DNA of 64,000 nucleotides, taken from assembly GCF_001194135.2 (NCBI RefSeq), contig NC_068992.1:31807759-31871758 (forward strand), written 5' to 3'. The stretch's first letter is position 1; each line of letters begins with the position of its first letter. Below are positions 23,752 through 37,603 of the stretch, piece after piece. This DNA comes from Octopus bimaculoides. Lineage: Eukaryota. A model generated the notes under the pieces. It made no database searches and was not told the origin of the DNA. It was given only the letters and a program-made list of their open reading frames with translations. The position numbers and the translations under genes were made by a program.

Positions 23752-26337
23752 AAGATGGTCAGCTAAACTGCTACAGGTCGTACGGGACTTTTTTCTATGC
23801 GGAACTATTTATGATACACACTGAATGGAATTCATTAGGGTGAGAGATTTTAAACTCACTGGCCGATAAATTTCTTAATGTCTGCCTCACGTGGTCTTGA
23901 TGTCGCATGGTCAAAATTTACGTGAGCTATTTAGACATTGGCAAATTTATTAGAATATTTGGCTGAAGATCGAAATGAGGTAGTTTATTACCACTAATCG
24001 TAAAACGATTCGTACCAAATTAATTAAAGGCAAGTTTGTTTTTTTTACTCTTCTCTTCTGTCTTTAGTTCTGTGTGTACCATGAATATCGCTATCAATTA
24101 GAGAACAATTTGTAGTTTTTAGAATCAGTAGTTCTTTGGCTGCTGTTTCTGAATTCTCAGTATGTTGGAGAAGCAGNNNNNNNNNNNNNNNNNNNNNNNN
24201 NNNNNNNNNNNNNNNNNNNNNNNNNNNNNNNNNNNNNNNNNNNNNNNNNNNNNNNNNNNNNNNNNNNNNNNNNNNNNNNNNNNNNNNNNNNNNNNNNNNN
24301 NNNNNNNNNNNNNNNNNNNNNNNNNNNNNNNNNNNNNNNNNNNNNNNNNNNNNNNNNNNNNNNNNTATATATATATAATTTATGTATGTATTGTGTATAT
24401 GTTTATATGGAGATGTATCTATGCATCTGTATTTTAGTGTGTATGTATATGAGTGCAAACATGTATATAAGCTTGCGGATGAAAATAATGGAAATGAGAG
24501 TCATGTACTACACGTATTTCAGAAGACCACCGACCGCATTCTATATAAACTTAAGTGCTCTATCATTATTCATTGTTCCTTTTCATTATGTATTTTTCTC
24601 TGTTAGAGATGCTTTGTAGTAATGATTTCTCAAAGAGGAAGCTGGAAAAAGATTTACACATTTTAACAATTGGAATGAGAATGGAAAAGGGTCTTGATCA
24701 ATAGTCAATAATGTGTCTTTTCTGAAAATAAATTCATTGAAGATTAGTGTGGTTTTAGGAAGGGCAGATTTTTCTCTGTATAATTTGACTAATTCAAGGT
24801 TAATTGTTATTCTTAAATTTTCTCAAGTAAAAGCCATTATCCCAATGCCTCGTCTACATTATGGTTAGATGAATGATTTTAGCTTTTGATCTATGATCAA
24901 CGTAAAGTATTCACAGAAAGTAAATATCTCAAGGCTTGTAACCGCCTTTCGTCATATATATATNNNNNNNNNNNNNNNNNNNNNNNNNNNNNNNNNNNNN
25001 NNNNNNNNNNNNNNNNNNNNNNNNNNNNNNNNNNNNNNNNNNNNNNNNNNNNTATATATTAGCAAGACGGTTTTAGGGAGTACATTATTACTACCTATTT
25101 TAGTTTATAGTAAAATAAAAATGTTTGGTATAGGTTGAGTGTTGCCTTACGGAAAGAGGTTTTCTTTAAAAAGTAAAGTAAATTTCTTCACCGAAAAAGC
25201 CCAATATTAGATTGTGTTGAGAGACATGTACACCTAAACTCCGTTACATGCAGATTTAGGTATAGAACGTTAATTTTAATTGTGACAAGTATTGTGGAGA
25301 GGTGCATAATTCTATCCTAAGGGGAAAGAGTGTTTGTGAAAAAAACAAAACCAGATAAGTAGAGGGATGAAGAACAGAAGAAGTGGATAAAAATGAAAAT
25401 GCAGGAAAAATTGAAGAAAATTAAATACGTGAGGACAATGAAAATGAGAATGAAGACAAGACGATTAGGAATAAATGAGAATGAGTAGAAAGAATAGTAG
25501 GAGTAGGAATGTTGATAGAAGGAGTAAAGGAAATAAGTCGTCTGGAGCCAATAACCATTTTAACGAATTTTTCTCAGAAAATGGCGTCAGTGTCGAGCTT
25601 AGGTTGTTCTTTTAAAAGTTGGAGTAAAAATAAACTTGTCTCCGGGGCGTAGAGCCTGGATTCCTGCAAGCACGAGAAACACACATCTGTAATACGTTGA
25701 ACTGTAGCAAACGTATATATAAACAGTGTGCCAATAGTAGTAGTAGACGTTTTGTTGCTTTTGCCTGTATTAAGTTGCTGTTCAATATTTTCAATCTTGA
25801 AGGTGAAAGCGTCAGTTTTGATATTGCGACTACGCTTATACGACAGATTGAAATGAATACAAACAACGAAGTAGTGTTTATACCGAAGTTATGAAAGATT
25901 CAGTGAGGGACTATCTTTATCATTAGAGAATGAACATTTATATTTTTCACTGATCGGAATATATGAACTTAGAGCTCAGAGTATTAGATTTGCTCAAAAT
26001 TTTATGTATTAGCTGAAGACGGATATGAATTGTGGAAGAGGTTTTTTTAATAAGCTATATTAAATGCTGCAATGTTAGAATCTAGCTCAATTATAGCATT
26101 CCCTCAGGTGGATGTTAATCATTCCCCCACCCAAAACAAAAACTTTCAGAAATTACTTTGACATCCGATCTGAAGCAATTTCTTCGAGATTTTGAATCGC
26201 TTCAATGCGTTTGTAAATTTCGAGTGTCTTAGATGTAATACTACATGTGAAGTTCAGTTTGAATAAAGCGTTATCAGATACAGTTGTTAAAATAATTTCA
26301 AAGCAAATATGTATTATATATACTTGCACGCGCAGGT

Positions 26338-26388
<51 letters not shown>

Positions 26389-28151
26389 ATTGCACAATAT
26401 TTCACACAGTTTTCACTACTCTAAGGGAGTGTTACTACTGAAACCAGACTACGCTCATAGCTCATATGTCCACGCCTGCGCATGGCTGAAGTTACTATAT
26501 TGTTTGCATATGTTATGTGTGCGTGTTTGCGTGTGTATGATGATGTGCGCATGCATAGGTATATTGATGACTTTATTCAATGGATACCGTAACGTATTTC
26601 GTAAGAAGAAGTATGCAAACATAGTATTTCATGCCAATCGCATATATCCAATGCGAAATTTTAATATTTCTAGAAAATAATCACAAGGAGCAAGAATAGA
26701 AAGCGTTAGCTATTTATACGAATGAAGTTTGTGAATTAAACAGATGAACGTTGTTTTTACACAAGCATTAGATATTACATATACAAGCGTATGTGACATT
26801 GGAATTTATCTCCATTATGAGAAAAGTTTTGACTGTTCAAATTATATTCTTTCGAATTACATAGAAAAATTAGTTTTAAAAATGGTGGCACCTGTCAACT
26901 TTTTCAATGAAACCAATTCAAATATAAATCAATTTGTTTCTTCTCACTCATATCTCTTCTAAGTCTCATCCAAGCCAATTTAGAAGTATTACTTGTATCG
27001 GTATATATATAAATATTTCTTCGTAAAACTGGAAAAATGAGAGATAGTTGATTGAAAATAAGCACCACTTGCATGGCAGACCATATCTATAATATTGTCC
27101 TAATCGTGGGAAACGCTAAGCAGAGGAATTACGTACAAGATTTGAGCGACAATCAAAGTATTACGCCAATAATTTCGTCATTAGACGAAATGAGAAGTGC
27201 CTAGTATTTTGCATCGAAAGTATGAGTCACACTGCATAAATGGGAGTGAAAGTGACTTGCAACCATTGAATAGATAGAAAAAATTCCAATTCCAATGTAA
27301 TGATACAATAGTAAAAGCTCATAGCAATCGTTCAACAAATGAGGAATTATAGCAATGCCGACTTTAAAATAGAGCCTGCTATTTTCATTTCTGTGTGCAT
27401 CTGTGTTTGGGAGTGTGTGCATGCGAGTGAGTGTGTCTGCGTGTATGAGTGAGCGTGAGCGTGTGCATGAGCATGTGTGTGTGCACGCGCGTAAGCAACG
27501 CAGCTGGATTCTCCTGAGATGCTATTTCAAACAAAATATTTTCAGGCTGAGTCATCACAGTACAAACTATCTTCTTAGAAAGGCATCCGTTTCATAGTAA
27601 GAGAGAAAAACATAAACATAATAGCTTTCTAAATTAGAGTTGAAATGTGGTCAAACTGCTTTCAACCAATACATATATTCAACCAATACATGCATTCAAT
27701 CAATACATATATTGCCCAAACGCACGCGCGCTAACGTGCATATTCATTCGCCTGATGTAACTAACACTCAAATCAGTAGACGCTCTCTTCAAAATATTTT
27801 ATGTTGGTTAATGTGCACGTAGCTACGTTGTCACTTGACATGTTAGAATCTTTGTAATCATAGTCTACTCTCATAGCTTATTTGTACGGTTGTATAGAAT
27901 GACAACTATATAGTATTAACAGCTGCTCTATTTGTTAGTCAAGCCTGCTTCATATCGCAAACAGTATTTGAGAAAAGTTTACTTTGGAAATTATTAGGGA
28001 AAATTTCCTACTCATAGGAATAATGCGGTATATTCGTGATTAGAATATATTAGTTGATAGAGGTGTTATGAAATGGATTTACTACAGATAAATTACAATA
28101 GGCGGAAAGAAAAGTAGTGCGCAAAACAAGAAGCAACGGTAGTACACTTAC

Positions 28152-28320
28152 TTCAAATGCGAGACAAATTTACAACACTTAATGTACAGCAATTTCCAAA
28201 CTTCGCATAGTGAAATTATTGTGCTAGGTAGACTTATAATCGTTTGTGAAACCTCGTGCATAATTGTGTGCAATATGAACATAATGTTTTGAGGGGAAAA
28301 TTCATGTTTTATGCCAGACA
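28152..28320 (-). CDS. Candidate internal exon (SGIKHEFSPQNIMFILHTIMHEVSQTIISLPSTIISLCEVWKLLYIKCCKFVSHL; phase 1 to 2)
   Basis: Strong acceptor ttgtctttttcttgcag|, consensus donor gaa|gtaagt, 169 nt, only one frame open; no homology recognised. Confidence 0.55.
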
Positions 28321-29659
28321 CTGCAAGAAAAAGACAATCCCAAAACAGATCATACATGGCATTTACCACTAGAAGCTCAACATACGTATACATTTCCCTT
28401 GGTTAACACTAATATTGTGGTTTAAGGGATGAATTGCAATGCAAAGGACCAATTTAATCACATTACGCTGGCGAAATTCGGTTCAATTGGTTGACGTCTG
28501 CGTCAAGAATGGATGTGGAATGACGTGGTTTGTACTTGTTCTTTATCATTTGTTTGAGGTTTTGTTGCTAGCATGTTTGCTGTTTCCCTCATAGATGACT
28601 AGCCTAACATAGCTTCAAGAAAGAAACAAATAACGTGAAACACCTATTTCGATAAAATTTTGGGTAGCTTACATGCATGTAAGCCTTTAAAGCTGGCACA
28701 AATATTTAAGAAATGTGTATTTAATGCAAAGAGATCGATATTTTCAATAATATAAGAAATTTGATCTTGACGCTGTATCCTTAATTAAATCTACACCGTT
28801 GCGAAGTATGTTTGTGTCTTGTCACGAGGTAGATATTTTAGCTCGGCACAAGGTGAAGAAGGAACTGAAAGCATTTCACCGCCTTGCAACACATAACCTC
28901 CTTCATTCGTGGATGTAGTGTAGCAATACTAGCAAATGTTCGTGTGCGTGTGTGGAGGCGATGAAATTGGTATCGGTGTTGTGCATATGTCTGTTTGTGG
29001 TTATATATGAGCTTGTATACGCGTAGGAAAAAGGATGTGTGAAAGTGGTGTGTGCATCAAGTATGCATAATGTGGGTATGCTTTTATTTGTGAATGTGAC
29101 AAAATGGAAGGTGAACGACTATGTGTATGTGTCTGTATATCTGTGTATGTGTGTGTGTGCGTATATGTGAGTGAAAATTAAACATGTGCAGGCATTCGTA
29201 CCTCTAGATATGGTCATCAGAGACATTGTCTGAACTGAGGGGTCATGGACGTTAATGTCGAGTTACTTGCTCGCTCTAACACACCTTCAACTCGCAGGTG
29301 ATATCTACGTATCCGTAAAATGCGATCAGTTGTAAACTATGATGAGAGCTGGACACCCATAGTTCAACGGTTAACCTTCAAATGAATCTCATTAAATAGG
29401 AAATACAAGACGTCTGGAAACTACCCCATGACCGAATAGAGATGACAACTGATGAAATCGAGCATTTTGCGCCATGTCTGTTTCAATCGCTTGGTTAATA
29501 TACACCGAAATATGAACGTTGAAATCTCCATTAGAATAAAAAGAGGATGTATTGTAAGCAAATCTTGACAAGACTACGTATGCGTACCTTCATAATCACT
29601 GCCTACGTACACTCTTACACGTAAGCCAGAAGTGGATTATCTATAATAGCATAGAAATA

Positions 29660-29850
29660 ATGTTTAGCGGTATTTCGTCTGTCGTTAATTTCTGAGTTCA
29701 AATACCGCCGAGGTCGACTTTGCCTTTCATCCTTTCGGGGTCGATTTAATAAGTACCAGTTACGCACCGGGGTAGATTTAATGCGCTTAATCCCTTTCTC
29801 TGTCCTTGTTTGTTGCGTCTATGATTAGTCTCCTGTGGGCAATAACGAAA
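29660..29850 (+). mobile_element. SINE family B copy
   Basis: ttagcggtatttcgtc..ctgagttcaaataccgccgaggtcgactttgcctttcatcctttcggggtcgat..aagtaccagtt. Confidence 0.85.
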
Positions 29851-29910
29851 TAAGTAATAGCATATAAATATTCGATTTAAAACACTTCTTGATTTACAAA
29901 AATGTGAAAC

Positions 29911-29999
29911 CTGCGCGTGGAAATTCAACCCATAATGACAGTTGTTTTGCCATTGCTCCAAAGTAAATCTTTGAAATTCTCTATTCCCGAACACGTTTT
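29911..29999 (-). CDS. Candidate internal exon (NVFGNREFQRFTLEQWQNNCHYGLNFHAQ; alternative donor at 29898)
   Basis: Acceptor atttgattttag|; both donors (gtttca, gtaaat) are weak; lies in a 116-codon minus ORF. Confidence 0.3.
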
Positions 30000-30254
30000 C
30001 TAAAATCAAATATCCCATATATGTGTACATAGTCAAGTGTATATTCAGTGGATACTTCAGTTGCTCCTTTCTCCTATATAATTGTGATATACACATTCAT
30101 ATTGTTGATGTCACTGACTCTTCATTTTGGTTTCAGTTCTGTCAAACCTCGCGTATATTATCTCACACCACAGTATTCTTCTGCGTGAAACAACTATCAG
30201 AAAATTTGTGAAATGCCAAAAACTGGCTATAATATTGTATAAATAACACATGGT

Positions 30255-30450
30255 GATGAACTGGCAGAGCAAAATACTTAGCGTCGTTTCGTCAGTCTGT
30301 AAGTTCTGATTACACATTCCGCTGCGCTCGACTTTGCTTTTCATTCCTTCGAGGTCGACAAAATATATACCAGTTGATTACTGGGATCAATATTATTGAC
30401 TAACGCAATTCCCTCGATCATGCTGGTCTTGTGCCAAAATATAAAATATA
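30255..30450 (+). mobile_element. SINE family B copy, older
   Basis: ctggcaga..tacttagcg..tcgactttgcttttcattccttcgaggtcgac..taccagtt..cttgtgcc. Confidence 0.75.
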
Positions 30451-30807
30451 TATTATTTAACTATTAAATAGTAGAATTACATTTACATATCTGTTACTGC
30501 TAAATTAGGATGTTATAAATGTGGAGGTTGCATCAAATACTAATACAGTTTTTGTTGTTTGCAATTAGACTCACTAACATTGCACATTCAATATACTGTA
30601 ATTATGTCACGATGTAACCACTAAAGATAGAAAGAAAAGAAATAAGGAATATTATAGCAATTAAAAAACTTTGCAATCTTATTTACACACGAGTATAGTC
30701 CTTGAGTATATTTCGATCTAACTTTCAAGATTGTTTTCTAAGTATGTGCTGAACTTTGTAGTTCTATAATATTTATGTATCAAGTAGTGTATTTTGCGTT
30801 GTTTCAT

Positions 30808-30844
<37 letters not shown>

Positions 30845-31819
30845 ATTCTTACTTTCTTCCTTCCTTCCTTCCTTTCTTCCTTTATTTCTTTCTGTCTTAA
30901 TTTTCCTTACATTCTTTCTTTCTTATCTTCATTCTGTTATCTTTATTTGTTTTTCATTTTTTCCTCCTGTATCTAACATAAAATACTTGTGTGAACATTT
31001 CCTAAACGATCTTTCTATTCTTCACAATTACTAGCTGATATATAATAAGACTTGTTGAATATATTTATTTCAAAAGTAATTATCTCCTTTCTTTCTTCGC
31101 TATTGATATGTACCACTATCTCAGTTCACACTAGCACTGAGAGTTTTTCATGCTTGTACTGGCTTCAGCTACTTGTTCTATAAACGAATCTTTTAATTAC
31201 ACATCAAGTATATCTTCCTGACGAATATACTCTACAATATTCCAAGAATGCTCAATAAAATGTTTCCGGTTAAGGAGTCCTGCATACAATGCTGTACACA
31301 GACACTCATCATTAATTGAAATTTGCCACTCAGACAATTAGACGTCCTCTGCATAGTGAAATTTTATCGACCTAACGGATCAGCGGGCGAAACTGATTAG
31401 CTACAGAGATAGAATTATGAAAAGCCTTTAATAAATCTCATATTGGAATTTCAAGACGGAAGAGTTTCGAATTAATTGAATTAAAATATATTTTTTTGTT
31501 TTTGTTTTTAGTACAGTATTCAGTATTAAGGTTAATGACCCAACATAATTAAGGTTAATTATCCTCAAGATACATTATTTCATAATTATGCAAATTATAA
31601 ATAAATTAAAAAAATAATTCGTTATATTTTTCCATTTTCATTCACGGAAAAGGCTTGCCAGTTGATTAGGTGAGCTTCATTATTCAATAATATGCTGATA
31701 AATTTCAATAGACAGAAGTATTTCTATATTTGGCATGAGAATGATAAATACTAATACTAATTTATATTTAAAATATTCTAGTGAATCCCCCACGTCAAAC
31801 TGCTGACATGATTTCATTT

Positions 31820-32042
31820 TTATTTCAGTTCTATATTTAAGAGATGGGAAAATATATACATTGTTTACATTATTTACATTTGACGGATATTTGTCCTCAT
31901 CTTGTTTGTTGTTAACACAACGTTTCGGCTGATATACCCTCCAACCTTCATCAGGTGTCTTGGGGAAATTTAGAACCTGAGTTTTCATTCCTAAGGTATT
32001 TTTCGATTATTGTTATTATTATTATTGTTATTATTATTATTA

Positions 32043-32106
<64 letters not shown>

Positions 32107-32200
32107 CATTATTATTATTATTATCCAGGTCACTGCCTGGAATTTGAACTCGGAAACTTGGGGTTAGTAGCCCGCGCTCTTAACCACTAAGCTATATGCC
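31820..32200 (-). mobile_element. tRNA-headed SINE-like element: 76-nt tRNA-like head, (AAT)n spacer of about 115 nt, hammerhead-bearing tail
   Basis: Minus: ggcatatagcttagtggttaagagc (A box), gagttcaaattcc (B box), (aat)n, then atcgaaaaataccttagg..gacacctgatgaaggttggagggtatatcagccgaaacgttgtgtt. Confidence 0.75.
31914..31959 (-). ncRNA. Minimal type I hammerhead ribozyme (probably acting as a dimer)
   Basis: Stem I gacac/gtgtt, core CUGAUGA plus extra A, stem II ggttg/cagcc with 10-nt loop, GAAA, palindromic ACGU stem III, GUU triplet; predicted cut between 31919 and 31918. Confidence 0.8.
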
Positions 32201-34510
32201 CAATGGCATGTGTCAATATATATGACGAAAATTGTCATTATGGTTTATAGTGATACTCATATACAGTGTTCACTATATCTCTTGCTGCAAGTTGACCCTG
32301 GCTTCTTCAAATATTCATGATGTCAAATATTTATATAATGATTAATATTCCGGTATATGGAAAGCCAATAAAATTGTCATAATAAAGTTATTTTAGAAGT
32401 AGACTTCAATGTTTATGGATACGTGTAGCTCTAGAATTAATCGGCTCGACTGATTAGCATACACATTCGTCCCCGCGCGCACACACACATATAAATATAC
32501 CATAGAAAATGTTCAAATTAGGCAGACTACGATTAAGTCATGCATATACGGGTTTAAGATAGAATAAGAATTGTCCAATCTGAAACATATATTGATATAT
32601 TAGAAATATAAAAATATAGAAATATTAAAATATACCAATATAAAAATATAAGTGGACATACACATATATAGATATGCCAATATAATAATAATTGAATATA
32701 GATAAAAATTATGTAATATAGAAAAAATCCTTTTTTTTTTTCATTTCAGAATGTAATATAGAGAAAGTAATAGGCATTAAAACGAGATTTGGGTAACATG
32801 TTAGAGGAAGATAAGGTCTTTCAAGGATCGCTTCAAGGGTACATTCGTGCAGATTACATATGAAGAGACTATATGCAAGTCTAGCATAAACGCGGTTTTT
32901 TCCTGCTGATAGGGGCATTCTAGGAAAATGAATCTTAAGTGTTATATGTAATCTGCACGAAGGATTGACCCCGAAAAAAAGAAAATGTTTATAAAGAAAC
33001 TTCTATAAGATAATAAATAAAAGTTATTATTTAAATACTCGGATACGAAGTAAGAAATATTAATTGTCTTCGATCCAAAATCCAGATTTCTCTCGAAAGA
33101 AAAGTAAAATTGTAATTAATGATATTCTGGTAGAATATCTTTGAGTAATGTCTAGACTAAAATGCACGTCAAGACAGATTTACATTCTGACAAAGATAAT
33201 CTTTGAATCTTATAGTATATTTTAAGATAGGATTAATATAGCTTTAGAGGGCGATCAGAATTTTACAGTTCCTGGTGAGGATAAATTTATATATATATGT
33301 ATATATATATAATATAGTCTTCGAAAATTACATTTCCCAATAAGTAGGATGTGAGAAGCATTTCTAAACCTTCTACACGTCATATAGAATATCAAGCTGA
33401 AACGCTCAATCTTAAGCATCTCACATTCTTATTGAATTGCAAACCGATGTCGAAGCATATATTTCGAAAGATTACATCCGCATTATGTCACTCAGCACAG
33501 TGTGTGAGTCTGTGTGTGTGTGTGCCTGTCTGTCTGTCTGTGTTTGTGCATGAGCGCGTGCGATTTTTGTGTTCCTGTATACATGTGTGTGTGTATGCGT
33601 GCGTCTGTTTATGCGTGTGTCTGCATGTGTGTGTGCGCGCTTGTGTAGGCCTGTATGTGTGTGCTCTTGATAACGACCCCGAATTCTTATCCTACTACTT
33701 TATTACTGTGCAGCTATACATCGAAGTTGTATTTAAGAAGAGTAATATATTTCAATTAATCACAAGCTTATACGCACACACAGGCATACACAAATACATG
33801 CACACACGTACACACTTACGCACGCACACACACATACATATATACAGAGCGTTCTGGATAAATTTGGCGATGTTTACTTTTTTTAGGAACAGTTTGATGT
33901 AATATTGAACAGACAACAAACGGCCTTTTATGACCATACATGTTACAGTCATAGTGGAAACAAATTCGCTGACACGGAGGAAGCTACGAGAATAGTGGAA
34001 AATAGTCAACTGTATCATGATGATTTGTGTCTCAAAATGCCTACGTTATGTTTCTGAATAACCTGTATAGAACACTATAAATGAAGTTGTACAGTAGAAT
34101 ACTAGATACTATCTCTACTAATACAGATAGATTTTTCATAAACATAGACTCTAGGTGAATGTTAGGGGAGATCAAATAGTTGAATTTATAAGCCCATAAT
34201 TACTATAATATGGTATGTTTTCAGTGTAATATAGAAGAATCAGTATACATATAACAGGTTTCATACGTTTGTTTGTTCGTGCATTCTATACTTATGCATG
34301 TTTCTGCTATATTCGGTTCGTAATTTAGATGTTTCATGGTTCCAATTACTCAATCGATCGATTGATCGATTTAAGAGAGTAAACATCATATATATAACTA
34401 TAACAATAGCGACAAAAAACGACAACGACAACGGCAACAACAACGAAAACAATAACAACAACAACAATAATGCTAATAATAAACATTAATAAATAATAAT
34501 AATAAATAAA

Positions 34511-35430
34511 TGCTCTGATACAGTGCCAGGCAGTGTCTCTCATGGCTTTTGTTCTTAATTGATTGGAAGTTTTATCAAGTACATGTTTTGCATTGGTATA
34601 AAAGATGGACTACAGTAATTATTTTGCTCAATACCACAAGATTTCTTTTTCAATTGTTTGACATCAGATAGTTGAGCATGTTCATTTGTGGCTGACGATA
34701 TGTGCATCTCTTATCACGAGCAGAAGTGGTAGGGGAACAGCATAGCCATTTGTTGACAGGAAAACTTTGGGGTTCAAACTATTCAACTCTGGAAACATGG
34801 GTGTCTCGTTATTCAAGGACCATATCAACGAGATGGGCAAATCATCATGAAAAAACGTTCTAATTCGGCCCACTGCAAGGTCATGCTCTGTTTATCATGA
34901 TATGATATCACCATGTCGCGCACATATTATTCTGAAGCATGTGCCTGGTGTACCCTTATCACACGAGTAGTCATGGTTGGTATATTGAGCTCCGCAAATT
35001 TTACCCAACTGTCACCTTGATGGCGAGCAATGTTCTCTCACTTACCACCAATACTGTAGTGTTTTCAGCCTCAGATTGATGTTTATACGATTTGTCAGCA
35101 GTTTTGTTTCTCTAATACCAAAACCGAATCCAATGTAGATATTGGCCCACTCTATCATGTCTTCATTTGAACTTTACTGCTGTTAAAACCTTATATCCAG
35201 AGATTAAATGTTTCAATCCATTCATTGCACTATCGGCACTTTAGAGCTAGACCATTTTTTAACACATTGGTTTGATAGTTCCGATTCAATATGCTCTGAT
35301 CTAGGGTAGCCAAGATAAAGCCTTCAATCTCTGCTTTTAGCCCTGAGCTCCGTAGTCACTGATGGGTGTGCTTCTGGTCTACATCACCTTGTTTACTACG
35401 GGCCACATTTTTGCTATACTACTACTTTGA
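34511..35430 (-). mobile_element. Dong/R4-clade LINE 3' fragment (CCHC zinc finger/RLE region and 3' UTR)
   Basis: Minus: DVDQKHTHQ*LRSSGLKAEIEGFILA.LDQS..RNYQ.NV..CR*CN..IET..RHDRVGQYLHW; 3' end abuts a (TTA)n-rich tract. Confidence 0.85.
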
Positions 35431-36163
35431 AGTAAGTATGCCACACACATCAGGTGCGTACAAAAACAAAAAGCATATTAATATTATTGATAATAATAAT
35501 TACAACAACACATTCAATGATACTATGGACGAAAATATGAATTGTAGCAGTAATGTTCCGAAAAAAATGTCCTTTAAATACATATTACTTGGAGATGAAG
35601 AAACTAAATATATGCTCGGTCGTTACCGATTACAATGTTTATCATTACATATGATGTTACAACAGTTTTGAAATTGGTTTTATAACCATGCTTCATCATT
35701 TTGATTTAGAAATAAGGAAAATTTGATATAAATTAATAATGTAATTTCCACCTTAGGTATAACAGAAGTGTTTTTGATTTAGAATGGTCGATATCCAATA
35801 TCGACAATGAAACTTATTTCTCTCAGAAAATTAAACATAGCACGTATCAAAAACAGGATACGAACATTTCCTAGAAAAATCAGGCTTAAAATATGCGTCA
35901 GAGGATGACATCTTAAACAAAAGACAAGAATTAATAGTATGATGTAAAGATTTCTACCATAAAGCATTTTGACTATTCCCTAACTAATTAAAAATTAATC
36001 AGGTGAGATACTTGGATAAGATAAAACTCGCAAACAATTATATAGACTTCGTTTAAATAGTGAAGTTAATGTTCTTAGTTTTCTTAGTTATTTACTTTAC
36101 AAGAAAACCACCTTCACGTCAAACCTGTATATTTTTTTAGAGGAAGGGAAGATNNNNNNNNNN

Positions 36164-36214
<51 letters not shown>

Positions 36215-37145
36215 ATATATATATTATTTTTATTGTTTTCCTTCCTTGTATTTTATATTATTTCATTCTTTCGTTAAATTTACACTTTTATTTCTATATT
36301 ATTGTGTATTTGCACATATCAATCACATTATTTTTCAACGGATCTGCTTCTGTCACTATGCGTTGTGTGGGTTTAAATGCTTTAGCTCATTGTATTTTAA
36401 TTAAATACATCATAGTATATCATTTACTTCACTGTATCTCATCTTGTTTACTTTACTTCATTTTATCTTATTCCATATGTTTACTTCTAGTTATTTTATT
36501 TTACCACCGTTCAGTTTGGTTTTGGTATTCGTTTATTTTAACTTTCTTCTCTTATTTTTTTATTCTTTTATTATTTTGTATCATGTTATTCTGTTTAGAT
36601 GTATTTAGGCTTAATTGTTCTGTTATTTCTTACGTACTCTTTTATTTGTATTAAAAACCCTAAATGTATTCCTGTGCTACACATTTTAAATTCATAGGAA
36701 AAGTTATTTGCCTTTGATATATACATAGTAGCAACACCATGCATCAACAACTATCATGTACTTATAGTTCACAAGCAATGACCTCGACATCATAAACTTT
36801 CACCAAAAGATAACCGCTAGAAGAGTTGGTAAAAATCAAATTTCAATACACAATGCCAATATTCTTCAATCATAGCAACAGCCAACTACAGAGAAAAACT
36901 GATAGCTTTAAAAAGAGTGACCTAGTGTTCCGTATAGATTCAACAGTGATAAGATTACCTCCATTCTTCTTCCTTTATCGCTTGGTTTCTTCTCTCTCTC
37001 TCTCTTTATCTCTCTCTCTCTCTCTCTCTGTCTCTCTATCTATCTTCCTCTTTCTCTTTGTCTGCTCTTTTATGTTTTCTTATGATTGCTCATCTTTCGA
37101 TATTTTTATTAGATTTGTTTCCCTTTATTTCGACATGTGATTTAC

Positions 37146-37232
37146 TGGCTACTAAGGCGAAAACATTTTTAAAGTCATTCACATTTTTCGTTCTATCTTC
37201 CACCGATTGAGTAACGTAAACCATGAACGCAC
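37146..37232 (-). CDS. Candidate internal exon (AFMVYVTQSVEDRTKNVNDFKNVFALVA; phase 1 to 1)
   Basis: Acceptor gatacgtactttag|, donor gcca|gtaaat, 87 nt, open frame. Confidence 0.4.
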
Positions 37233-37589
37233 CTAAAGTACGTATCATAGACAACTTTAAATCTACAATACACAAATGAAGAAATGTATAATTTGCATCA
37301 TTTATATCTTTTTGATCTTTGTGGTTTTCGTTGCTGTTTACAATTTTATTCCAATTGTTCTCAAATTTGATATATGGATTACGTTTTGTATATTAATTAT
37401 GAAATTGAAATTCATTTATCCTATAAATCCATAATTAGAACAAAATATTTGCCTTTAAAATTTGCAACATTTTGGTATACCCAATCAGACGCTAGTATTT
37501 TATAAATCACTGTGGCGAAGAACTCTATTTTTATAAGTAAACAAAGCAAAGAAGCACTACGTGGTCCATAGCTGATTGCGAAGAACACT

Positions 37590-37603
37590 GTTTCCATAGT
37601 AAC
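37590..37603. promoter_or_regulatory. X-box (RFX)-like motif GTTTCCATAGTAAC, with CCAATCAG at 37481
   Basis: Match to the GTTNCCATRGNAAC consensus; function untested. Confidence 0.3.

Noticed and set aside
29290-29400. Possible RTE C-terminal scrap (RSV..Y..E.W-like)
   Set aside because: Too short and degenerate to call
32125-32200. Functional tRNA gene (Ser-like CTACTAA loop)
   Set aside because: Acceptor and T stems pair poorly and there is no Ser-type variable arm; interpreted as a SINE head
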